Assembly (NCBI GenBank): GCA_965233585.1
Contig: CBDDTI010000747.1
Coordinates: 32,001 to 96,000, forward strand
DNA: 64,000 bases
Origin: a bacterium
GTDB taxonomy: Bacteria > SAR324 > NAC60-12
Direction: 5' to 3'
Position numbers and translations under genes: made by a program. The notes under the pieces are model-generated. The model was not told the origin of the DNA. It did no database searches and was given only the letters and a program-made list of their open reading frames with translations. The first letter of the stretch is position 1, and every line of letters starts with the position of its first letter. This document shows positions 28,747 through 37,010 of this stretch, one piece after another.

Positions 28747-29430
28747 TTAAAGTTTCTCTTGCGCTCTTTTGCTCCAAAACCCTGCATCTTGATCCACTGC
28801 TATTTGATAGAAACGTCGAGCCTCATCTTCATCGTCTTTTTCCATGACCAAACCTAGTTCGTATGCACTTTGTGCCGCAAGTTGAGGAATCTCATCCACA
28901 GTGAGTTCATGCACCTTTTTCCAGTCTGCAATGACATGCTTGCGTTTTTTAAAGAGTTTGGGCAATGTTTTGTATGTATTGGCACGAATCAGGAGTACAT
29001 TGATGTCCTCAGGGTTTTTCTTCACCAGTTTATCCAGAGAAATGCTACATTTTCTAACTTGAAGCATTTGCTTGCCTGTTGTGTTCTCAAACAAAGCTCT
29101 TCTGCAAATGCTTGAACCAACAATAGACTTGATGTGTGCATTCTCTGGATTCTTCTTAGAAAGTGCATTTCCAATTTTGATGGTTTCTTCATTGACTTCT
29201 TTAGTTCCCCCTAGCTGGTCAAAAAGGGTCAAACGTAACAGTAAAAACTGTTGTGATTCTTTCAAATTCATTGAATCTCCTTTAGCCTCCAGCTTTTTGA
29301 ACAACTTCTCCATTTTTTCAGGACTGCTTGGTATGGGAATGAGCTCAGCAAATGCCACTTGAAAAGGCAAGGTCAGACCCAACACGCAGATTCCACGCAT
29401 GATTTTTTGATTGATTTTTTGAGAAAACAT
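28747..29430 (-). CDS. Exported alpha-helical TPR-like protein
   Basis: Signal peptide ending AFA; LDKLVKKNPEDINVLLIRANTY..LP and AYELGLV...DEARRFYQIAV; SD aggag. Confidence 0.75.
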   Translation of the reverse strand: MFSQKINQKIMRGICVLGLTLPFQVAFAELIPIPSSPEKMEKLFKKLEAKGDSMNLKESQQFLLLRLTLFDQLGGTKEVNEETIKIGNALSKKNPENAHIKSIVGSSICRRALFENTTGKQMLQVRKCSISLDKLVKKNPEDINVLLIRANTYKTLPKLFKKRKHVIADWKKVHELTVDEIPQLAAQSAYELGLVMEKDDEDEARRFYQIAVDQDAGFWSKRAQEKL

Positions 29431-29450
29431 AATGACTCCTTTTGAATGAT

Positions 29451-29783
29451 TTAAATAAAATTAAAATTGTGTTTGATTCCTTCAGGTTTGAGAAGCGCAT
29501 CGTCTGGGCTTTTTTTAGAAAGAATTTTGCCCATCTTGATACTTTTCTCATCTCCTTCTAACACAATCTGATTGAAAAGAGATAAACGTAGCAGTAAAAG
29601 TTGCTTCGTTTCTTTCAAACTTCTTGAATGTCCTTTGGCTTCCAGCTTTTTTAACAACTTCTCCATTTTTTCAGGATTGCTTGGCGTAGGAGTGGATTCA
29701 GCAAATGCCATTTGAAAGGGTAAGATAAAACCCAAAACGCAAATTCCACACATGATTTTTTGATTGATTTTTTGGGAAAACAT
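29451..29783 (-). CDS. Truncated paralog of 28747..29430 (N-terminal about 100 aa only; possible pseudogene)
   Basis: 55 of the first 72 residues identical by manual alignment; diverges and stops after about residue 100. Confidence 0.7.
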   Translation of the reverse strand: MFSQKINQKIMCGICVLGFILPFQMAFAESTPTPSNPEKMEKLLKKLEAKGHSRSLKETKQLLLLRLSLFNQIVLEGDEKSIKMGKILSKKSPDDALLKPEGIKHNFNFI

Positions 29784-29806
29784 AACGATTCTTTTTTAAG
29801 TTAAAA

Positions 29807-30490
29807 TTAAGATTGTTTGATTTCTTCCAAAACAGCACCGTCCACCATTTTAATCACCCGACTTGAACTTTGAATAAAAAGGTCATGATGAGATGCGGCA
29901 ATAAAAGTAATCTTTTTTTCAGTAGAAAGTTGCAAAATGATTTGAATGATCTGTTCTGAATTTTTAGAATCCAAGTTAGCCGTCGGTTCGTCTGCAATGA
30001 TCAGTTCTGGAGAACCTGCAAAAGCACGTGCAACAGCGCATCTTTGCCTTTGCCCTCCTGATAACTCATTGGGCTTCATCTTTGTAAAATCCTGCAAACC
30101 AACTTTCTCAATCATCTCCATAGCAATGGCACGTGCTTTGGGATTGCCATTGAGATTGAGTGGATACATCACATTTTCCAAAACTGTTAAGACAGACAGC
30201 AAATTAAAGTTTTGAAAAATAAAACCAATCCTCTCCCTTCGGATTTGTGAAAGTTGACTGTCAGAGATTTCTAAGACAGGATAACCAAAAATGGAAATTT
30301 CTCCATCGGTTGGGACGTCCATGCAACCTATAATGTTTAGAGCAGTAGATTTTCCGCAACCGCTAGGACCAATTAGTGTCACAAACTCTCCTGTATTGAC
30401 CTCTATATCAAAGTGATGTAGTGCCTGATAGTCCAGCTTGCCTACACGATAGTTCTTCTTAATGTTTTTCAACAAAGCGATTTGACTCAT
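29807..30490 (-). CDS. ABC transporter ATP-binding protein, LolD/MacB-like
   Basis: [42 protein letters not shown] gagg. Confidence 0.93.
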   Translation of the reverse strand: MSQIALLKNIKKNYRVGKLDYQALHHFDIEVNTGEFVTLIGPSGCGKSTALNIIGCMDVPTDGEISIFGYPVLEISDSQLSQIRRERIGFIFQNFNLLSVLTVLENVMYPLNLNGNPKARAIAMEMIEKVGLQDFTKMKPNELSGGQRQRCAVARAFAGSPELIIADEPTANLDSKNSEQIIQIILQLSTEKKITFIAASHHDLFIQSSSRVIKMVDGAVLEEIKQS

Positions 30491-30598
30491 TGTTTACCTC
30501 TTTTAAAAGTGAATCTATAACCAAATATTTTTTATCAAGTGCCTTTTTCAATTTTTTGCAACACTGATCAATCGTTCAGCAAATAAACGATGTTTAAT

Positions 30599-30627
30599 AC
30601 TTTAATAAATAAAGAAAATGCTGTCAA
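30599..30627 (-). promoter_or_regulatory. Sigma70-type promoter, copy 1, with CTTT-N7-AAAG inverted repeat
   Basis: Minus strand TTGACA-17 bp-TAAAGT pointing into the ABC operon. Confidence 0.6.
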
Positions 30628-30751
30628 GTCTTTTTTCAAAGTTTTTTTTGAATAGCCCTGAAATTTGAAAAAGGGACTGATTTCTATCACTCATTACAAG
30701 TTTTTTTTACAAAATTACTCAAAACCATTCAGCAAGTAGATGATGTTCAAT

Positions 30752-30780
30752 ACTTTAATAAACAAAGAAAACACTGTCAA
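30752..30780 (-). promoter_or_regulatory. Sigma70-type promoter, copy 2, with CTTT-N7-AAAG inverted repeat
   Basis: Minus strand TTGACA-17 bp-TAAAGT, same elements as copy 1. Confidence 0.6.
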
Positions 30781-30868
30781 GTCTTTTTTACAAGTTTTTT
30801 CAGCAAAGAATGAACTCAATGTAAAGCTGGTCTTTGGAATCAATCTGACTTGGGTAGGATATTTCAGC

Positions 30869-30898
30869 TTGACAAAAAATACTTTTGTAGTGTGTAAT
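30869..30898 (+). promoter_or_regulatory. Putative promoter of queH
   Basis: TTGACA-18 bp-TGTAAT, 35 bp upstream of the ATG. Confidence 0.45.
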
Positions 30899-30932
30899 GC
30901 CTAATTTTCAGCTTTCTTAATTTTTTTGAAAT

Positions 30933-31619
30933 ATGAATTCTTACACACTGAATGATTACCAACGTCCTGTTTTACAGGCTCCGGAAGGTGTCAAAAAGAT
31001 TTTACTGCATTCTTGTTGTGCCCCTTGTGCGGGTGAGATTATGCTAGCCCTTGCCTCCTCAAAGATTGAAACCACTTTATTTTTCTACAACCCTAATATC
31101 CACCCCAGAAGTGAATATGAAATCCGTAAAAATGAAAACAAGCGATTTGCTGACAAGCTCCATTTTGAATTTATTGATGCAGATTATGATGTGGATTATT
31201 GGTTTGAGTCTGTCAAGGGACTAGAGTTTGAACCCGAACGTGGCAAACGTTGTACGGCTTGTTTTGATATGCGTTTTGAAAGAACTGCAGAATATGCCAA
31301 GAAGCAAGGTTTCCAAGTGATCTCTAGCACGCTTGGTCTTTCCAGATGGAAGGATATGGAGCAAATCAATCAAAGTGGCGTGAGGTCGGCTCGTAAGCAC
31401 GATGTGGAATATTGGACGTTCAACTGGCGCAAAAAAGGTGGTTCTCAACGCATGATTGAGCTTTCAAAAACAGAACAATTTTATAAGCAAGAATATTGCG
31501 GCTGCGTTTATAGTCTTCGTGACACCAATCAATGGAGACTGCAAAACAACCGACCTAAAATTAAGCGAGGTCAAGAGTTTTACCAACATAGCTCAGACAT
31601 CACAGCGTCAGGTAATTGA
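30933..31619 (+). CDS. queH: Epoxyqueuosine reductase QueH
   Basis: [41 protein letters not shown]. Confidence 0.93.
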   Translation: MNSYTLNDYQRPVLQAPEGVKKILLHSCCAPCAGEIMLALASSKIETTLFFYNPNIHPRSEYEIRKNENKRFADKLHFEFIDADYDVDYWFESVKGLEFEPERGKRCTACFDMRFERTAEYAKKQGFQVISSTLGLSRWKDMEQINQSGVRSARKHDVEYWTFNWRKKGGSQRMIELSKTEQFYKQEYCGCVYSLRDTNQWRLQNNRPKIKRGQEFYQHSSDITASGN

Positions 31620-32437
31620 TGTTGAACGTCAGGCTCACTTTCCAATAAACTCTGCATTCCTTCCTCTAATGTGTGATTGATGAAGTGGTGTCTATGCACC
31701 CCTTGGGCAAGTAAGAGTGTGTCAAAGCCTGCTGTCTTGCCTCCTACAATGTCATGGTGCATGGAATCCCCAACTGCTAGTATTTTTTGGACAGATGGCT
31801 TCAGCAGGGATTTGATATGGTCATAAACCAGCTGATGAGGTTTGCCATAGTACGAGCATTGACCTCCCAAACTTTCATAGTATTTTGCCCAATAACCGGG
31901 GGCGTGAATGTTTTGCCGACCTTGCTGAATTGCAGAAAGGTCAGGATTTGAACAAATCAAATAAAGATTTTTTTGAATGGCTTCATCAAGCAATGCCTTC
32001 ATATCTGGAATGTTGTTGTCAATTCCTGCCAGCAAAATAAAGTCTGCATCATCAAGATTGTTGGTCATGCTGATAGGTGTTTGTTCAATACACCTGTGGT
32101 CTGTTTCTGCACTGACAATCAATGCTTTGTTGCCAACTCCATCAGGTAATGCTTGATGACGATTGAAGTGATGCCAAAGAGCCTCTCCTGATGTCACCAC
32201 ATCATGCACCCACTTTCTAGGGATTTCCAGCCTTTCAATCAACAAACGATTATCTTCTGAACGTCTTCCTGAATTAGAAAGCATCATCACCTGCAAATTC
32301 TGAATCTTTTCCAAACATTCTAAAACTCCTGAATAGAGAGCATATCCGTTATGTAAGACACCCCATTGGTCTAGGATGATGGCATCATATTGTGAGATGA
32401 TTTGGCTGAGTCCTGATGGATATTGAATTTTGTTCAT
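31580..32437 (-). CDS. HAD-superfamily subfamily IIA hydrolase (TIGR01459-like)
   Basis: [38 protein letters not shown]; start taken at MNKIQ. Confidence 0.88.
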   Translation of the reverse strand: MNKIQYPSGLSQIISQYDAIILDQWGVLHNGYALYSGVLECLEKIQNLQVMMLSNSGRRSEDNRLLIERLEIPRKWVHDVVTSGEALWHHFNRHQALPDGVGNKALIVSAETDHRCIEQTPISMTNNLDDADFILLAGIDNNIPDMKALLDEAIQKNLYLICSNPDLSAIQQGRQNIHAPGYWAKYYESLGGQCSYYGKPHQLVYDHIKSLLKPSVQKILAVGDSMHHDIVGGKTAGFDTLLLAQGVHRHHFINHTLEEGMQSLLESEPDVQHQLPDAVMSELCW

Positions 32438-32710
32438 ACTTGTTGTCCTTTTTTTTCTGATATTTCCTTTGCTAGTGTAATCCAACTAACAAAAAATGAT
32501 AACAGAAGTAGATTTTGAAAGCATTCTGCAAAAAGATAGCTTTCAGAATGCTCTTGTTTTTTCAGCAAAGCATGTTATCCTGTTTGGCTATTGTTTTCCA
32601 TTAATTCTGTCTCATCAAATTTTCTCTTCAAACTTAATTTTTTTAAAAAACCAATACAGTTTGACCTGCTTTCAATGAGAAGATTTGGAACGTCACATGA
32701 ATATTAAGCG

Positions 32711-33793
32711 ATGAAAAAGCAACCCGTTTCTTCAACAAAAACAGCAGGAGGTCATCACTTGACTCTTGGTTTACTCTGTCAAAAATTGAACCTTGAGTTT
32801 GAAGGCACTCCAGACTTACAGCTTCATCAAGTGTGTAGTTTGGAACACATCAAATCTCATAGTGTGGGTTTGATTCTTTCCGACGTTTATTCTCCTCCTG
32901 ATGATTCATCTATTGCGTGGGTGATTCCCCAAAAATCTCAACTTCCTCAAAAGCTCAAAAGAAATTGGATTTTTGCAGAGGACGCAAGATACATTCACGC
33001 ACAGATTTGTCAGATCCTGCATCCTTTGCCCCATTATCCCTCGCAAATTCATCACACTGCTATCATTGGAAATCATGTCACTTACGGCAAAGATTGTTTT
33101 ATTGGGGCAAATGTTGTGCTGTATGATGGTGTTTCGTTAGGAGATAGAGTGACAATTCACTCAGGAGTTGTGCTGATGGAAAATGTGTCTTTGGGCAGTG
33201 ATAGTGTGATTTATCCCCAAGTTACAATCTATAGAGACACTGACATTGGTGAAAGATGTATCATTCACGCCAACACTGTCATCGGTACAGATGGCTTTGG
33301 GTTTTTGAAAGATCGGAATGGACACGCTTATAAAATCCCACAAGCGGGGAATGTTGCTATTGGAGATGATGTAGAAATTGGTGCATTGTGTGGTATTGAC
33401 CGTGCGAGATTTGACACGACTACCATAGAACCAAGGGTCAAGTTAGATAATTTGATTCATGTTGGACACAATGTAAGCATTGGTAGCGATACAATGATTT
33501 CGGCTCAAACAGGGATTTCAGGCAGTACCAGCATTGGGAGGCGTTGTATGATAGGAGGTAAAACAGGAATTGTAGATCATCTTCAAATTGGCGATGATGT
33601 GGTCATTTCAAGTTCTAAGGTCACAAAAAATCTTGCCAAATCTGGCACGTTTGGGGCAATGATTCCTGCAATGCCTCTAAAGGAGTGGTGGAAAACGTGG
33701 GCGTACGTTCTTCGGCTGAAAAGCCTATTTCAACGTGTTTCTAATTTAGAAGAATCAATCAAAAGCACAAAGACCCAGCATGACAACGATTAA
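32711..33793 (+). CDS. lpxD: UDP-3-O-(3-hydroxyacyl)glucosamine N-acyltransferase
   Basis: Hexapeptide repeats, IGTDGFGF, KIPQAGNV.IGDDVEIGA, DRA, KLDNLIHVGHNV. Confidence 0.93.
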   Translation: MKKQPVSSTKTAGGHHLTLGLLCQKLNLEFEGTPDLQLHQVCSLEHIKSHSVGLILSDVYSPPDDSSIAWVIPQKSQLPQKLKRNWIFAEDARYIHAQICQILHPLPHYPSQIHHTAIIGNHVTYGKDCFIGANVVLYDGVSLGDRVTIHSGVVLMENVSLGSDSVIYPQVTIYRDTDIGERCIIHANTVIGTDGFGFLKDRNGHAYKIPQAGNVAIGDDVEIGALCGIDRARFDTTTIEPRVKLDNLIHVGHNVSIGSDTMISAQTGISGSTSIGRRCMIGGKTGIVDHLQIGDDVVISSSKVTKNLAKSGTFGAMIPAMPLKEWWKTWAYVLRLKSLFQRVSNLEESIKSTKTQHDND

Positions 33794-34061
33794 AGCAGAC
33801 TTGATTCGTTCCCTTCAGCAACAACAAAAAATCCCGCTTGAAGAGGCAGAACATGCGGTTAACATATTACTGGAAGTTTTGAAACAAACGTTGGAAGACG
33901 ATGAGGCAATTTTGATTAATGGATTTGGTAAATTCTCAGTACGTCTCAAAGATGCTAGACCGGGAAGGAATCCTAAAACGAAGGAAGAGTATAAGGTCAG
34001 TGCAAGAAAAACGGTGATCTTTCATGCCTCCAAAGCGTGGAGGCGTCAATTTTATCAGTAA
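33780..34061 (+). CDS. ihfA: Integration host factor / HU family DNA-binding protein (alpha-like)
   Basis: KADL, GFGKFSVR.K.ARPGRNPKT..E..VSARK.V.F.AS. Confidence 0.75.
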   Translation: MTTIKADLIRSLQQQQKIPLEEAEHAVNILLEVLKQTLEDDEAILINGFGKFSVRLKDARPGRNPKTKEEYKVSARKTVIFHASKAWRRQFYQ

Positions 34062-35231
34062 CTACAGGCGATATTCAAAGTTGCCATGTTCTGTACGTAT
34101 CTCCAATACATTTTCTGCTGATTCATTTTCAATACAACGACCGATGATCTGACAACCCACTCCATGTTGGCTGGCAACTTCTTCTACGATTGGGAAGAGG
34201 TCTTCTTGACCAATGATTTCCATACGATGCCCCATATTGAATGTTTCATACATTTCACGCCATGGAGTGTTAGAGCTTTGTTGAATGGTAGCAAAAAGTG
34301 CGGGGGTTTCAAACAAGTTATCTTTGATATAGCGAATCTTACGACCAGATCGTAAACACTTGGTTTGCCCCCCTCCCGTGCAGTGAATGATTCCAGAAAT
34401 TTTGCTCCTCACAGATTTAAGTAATTGGGTAACAATCGGTGCATATGTTCGGGTGGGTGAGAGTAAGGCTTCCCCTATGTTTAAAGGCGTACCGGGCAAA
34501 GCATCTGTCAGTCTAAACGTCCCGTTATAGCAATATTCTTTTGGAATGTCAGGAGAAAATGTTTCAGGATAACGCAAATAATATTGGTCTAAAAGTTCAT
34601 GGCGAGCAGCAGTGAGACCATTGCTTCCTATGCCACTGTTATAGCTATCTTCATAGTTTGAATTTTGGTCACAAGCCAGTCCAATAATGACATCACCAGC
34701 CGAGATACCTTGGTTGTCTAAAATGTCTTGCCTCTTACATCTAGCAATCATTGAGGCATCAATAAAAGCTGTCCGTGCTAGGTCTCCAACATCTGCTGTT
34801 TCTCCACCTGCAAAAATGATCTCTACCCCTAAATCATTCAGCATGTCAACAGTTCTTTCAAAACCTTGAATCAAATGCTTAATGACCTCACCATTGACTT
34901 TAGAAGCATTACGACCAATGGAGTTTGACAACAAAAAAGGTCCTGTCATTCCAACGCATAGCATGTCATCTAAATTCATGACGATGGCATCTTGTGCAAT
35001 GCCTTCAAAAGCAGAAGGATCACCTTGCTCTTTATAGAGAAGGTAGGCAACAACAGACTTCGTGCCAGCTCCGTCAGTATGCAAAACATTGCAGTATTCA
35101 GGGTCACGGCATAGGGCATCAGGAACTACTTTGCAAAATGCGTTTTCAAAAAGCCCGGGATCAAGCTGCGAAACGGCTAAATGAACATCTTCTTTTGTAG
35201 GAGAGACACCGCGAATACGATACCGACTCAT
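34062..35231 (-). CDS. purM: AIR synthase (phosphoribosylformylglycinamidine cyclo-ligase), long Bacteroidetes-like type
   Basis: RGVSPTKEDVH, HTDGAGTKS, MNLDD, GGETADVGD, GSNGLT, HCTGGG, FNMGHRME; start at MSRYR. Confidence 0.88.
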   Translation of the reverse strand: MSRYRIRGVSPTKEDVHLAVSQLDPGLFENAFCKVVPDALCRDPEYCNVLHTDGAGTKSVVAYLLYKEQGDPSAFEGIAQDAIVMNLDDMLCVGMTGPFLLSNSIGRNASKVNGEVIKHLIQGFERTVDMLNDLGVEIIFAGGETADVGDLARTAFIDASMIARCKRQDILDNQGISAGDVIIGLACDQNSNYEDSYNSGIGSNGLTAARHELLDQYYLRYPETFSPDIPKEYCYNGTFRLTDALPGTPLNIGEALLSPTRTYAPIVTQLLKSVRSKISGIIHCTGGGQTKCLRSGRKIRYIKDNLFETPALFATIQQSSNTPWREMYETFNMGHRMEIIGQEDLFPIVEEVASQHGVGCQIIGRCIENESAENVLEIRTEHGNFEYRL

Positions 35232-35244
35232 TTTAGATTCAATC

Positions 35245-35598
35245 TTAGGAAGATTTGGAAGGCATGGAGCATGTCCCCTCAATTTGAGAACCTTCGGCAA
35301 TAATCAAACCACCTTGCGGAGCAATGATGTCTCCAAGTATTTGAGATTCTGGTAAAATTTCCAATAACTCTGATGCTCTCACAGCACCTCTCACAGCACC
35401 TCTCACCATGAGTTTTTGGGAGTAAACAGAGCCTTCAATGCTAGCTTGTGTTTCAAGTGTAACAGAAGACTCTCCAACCACTTGACCTATGATGTGTGCG
35501 TTAATTGTTAGGTCTTCCTTTGAGGTCACTGTGCCTTCAATGACGGTTTGTTCAGACAAATAGCTTGTTTTAAGCGGAACGGAAAGAGGATGAGCCAT
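35245..35598 (-). CDS. Bactofilin (polymer-forming cytoskeletal protein)
   Basis: T.IEGTV...EDLTI....IG.V...G.V.G.V.A...LEI....I.GDI....L.IAEG..IEG.CSM. Confidence 0.88.
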   Translation of the reverse strand: MAHPLSVPLKTSYLSEQTVIEGTVTSKEDLTINAHIIGQVVGESSVTLETQASIEGSVYSQKLMVRGAVRGAVRASELLEILPESQILGDIIAPQGGLIIAEGSQIEGTCSMPSKSS

Positions 35599-35603
35599 AA
35601 ATA

Positions 35604-36932
35604 TTATCTTAAAGGGTCCTTGACAGCAAATGAACGAACGAGAGTCATCGGATTGATATGTTTTCTATTGATAAAGATTTCATAATGCAGGTGAGGTCCT
35701 GTGCTTCTACCAGTGTTACCAACTGTCCCAATCACTTGCCCTCTCTTGACTTTCTCTCCTTGCTTAACAAGGATCTGATGCAAATGCCCATATCTTGTCG
35801 TGTAATTCACCTTGCGTTTTTTATCATAGGACAGCCCTTGTCCATGATGGATTTGAATAAACTTACCGTACCCCCCTTTGACACCTGCAAAGGTCACCCT
35901 ACCATTTGCAGCAACATAAATTTTCGTGCCTGTCTTTTTGGGGAAATCTGTCCCTGCATGGAACTCCCACCTTTTATTAAAAGGGCTAATTCTCTTGCCG
36001 TAATGGTCTGAAATACGTGGGTTAGCAACGGGTATGAAAGTGGGTGTATTTGCCCAAAGTTCTGATTGTTCTTCAACAGAAGAGAAAGCTGACTCAAATG
36101 ACTCAGAAACCACGTTATAATACTTTTCTGTTTGTTCCAAATAGCGATGAAAGTTGTCTGTGTCCATATAATCAATGTTCTGGTATTGATCTTTGGGGTC
36201 GCTACTCGGTCCACCTCTACCACCTCTGCTTCTGCTGGTTAGAAAATAATCTTGCACGGGGACGGTGATTCCTGTTGCTTGCTTGATTTTTTTAGCAAGA
36301 GCCATGATTGCTTGTTCTTTCTTTTTCAGCAATTCAAGGCTAGCGGCAATTTTACGGTCTGTCTTAGCAATTCTTTGTTGAAGCTGTTTAATAGTCAGTT
36401 CTTGCTCTTCTGCTGCAAATTGACGCCGAGCAAATTTTTCAACAAGAACTTGAAACTCGTCAAAATCTTGTCTGGCTCCACTCATCCATAAGATCGCATC
36501 ATCAGGGGACGACAGCTTCGCTGTATCTAGTTCTGGACACTCACGTTTGAGAGTTCCACAAGTTTCCTGGTGTAGCTGCTTCAGTGATTCCAAACTTTGC
36601 TTATAGGCACCAGCATGTGCCTGAAGTTTTTCTAATCGTTTTTCAGCAAGTTCTTTAGATTGTTCTAATGACTCCTTGAGATTAAAAATCGTGGATTCTT
36701 TGCTTTGCAATCTCGCAATTTTTTCCTGCAGTGATTTTTGATACTCTGAATCTTCTGAAAGCATCGCTTCCTGTTTGAGAATCAAGGAGTGCTGTTGGTA
36801 GAAAAAAACGGCCAACCCAGTCAATAGCAAAATCAAGGTTAAAGCTAAGAAATAGAGAGAGCGGTAACTGACAGAATAACATTGAGCTTGGGCATCTGAT
36901 CCCTTGAGCAAAATGAATGAAAAATTCTTCAT
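35604..36932 (-). CDS. M23 family peptidoglycan endopeptidase with TM anchor and long coiled coil
   Basis: HAGTD, YGK...IHHG, YGHL, GNTGRSTGPHLHYE. Confidence 0.92.
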   Translation of the reverse strand: MKNFSFILLKGSDAQAQCYSVSYRSLYFLALTLILLLTGLAVFFYQQHSLILKQEAMLSEDSEYQKSLQEKIARLQSKESTIFNLKESLEQSKELAEKRLEKLQAHAGAYKQSLESLKQLHQETCGTLKRECPELDTAKLSSPDDAILWMSGARQDFDEFQVLVEKFARRQFAAEEQELTIKQLQQRIAKTDRKIAASLELLKKKEQAIMALAKKIKQATGITVPVQDYFLTSRSRGGRGGPSSDPKDQYQNIDYMDTDNFHRYLEQTEKYYNVVSESFESAFSSVEEQSELWANTPTFIPVANPRISDHYGKRISPFNKRWEFHAGTDFPKKTGTKIYVAANGRVTFAGVKGGYGKFIQIHHGQGLSYDKKRKVNYTTRYGHLHQILVKQGEKVKRGQVIGTVGNTGRSTGPHLHYEIFINRKHINPMTLVRSFAVKDPLR

Positions 36933-37010
36933 GGCTAAAATAAAAGGTCAACAATTGAATGTAGTTGGTTCAACACAAACGGAGTATTCTGAAGAAAATT
37001 AGCCAAAGCG

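Larger units (their letters stand above)
30574..30800. repeat. Two imperfect direct repeats of about 72 bp (about 30575-30647 and 30728-30800, period 153 bp)
   Basis: ttcagcaaataaacgatgtttaatactttaataaataaagaaaatgctgtcaagtctttttt versus ttcagcaagtagatgatgttcaatactttaataaacaaagaaaacactgtcaagtctttttt. Confidence 0.9.

Noticed and set aside
23378..30800. Operon as a RiPP (darobactin-like) biosynthetic cluster
   Set aside because: No radical SAM or other maturase and no credible precursor peptide in the window; only the transporter resemblance holds
35376..35406. Perfect 12-bp tandem repeat (ctctcacagcac x2.6) in the bactofilin gene
   Set aside because: In frame and encodes VRGAVRGAVR, matching the normal bactofilin beta-helix pattern; not a phase-variation tract
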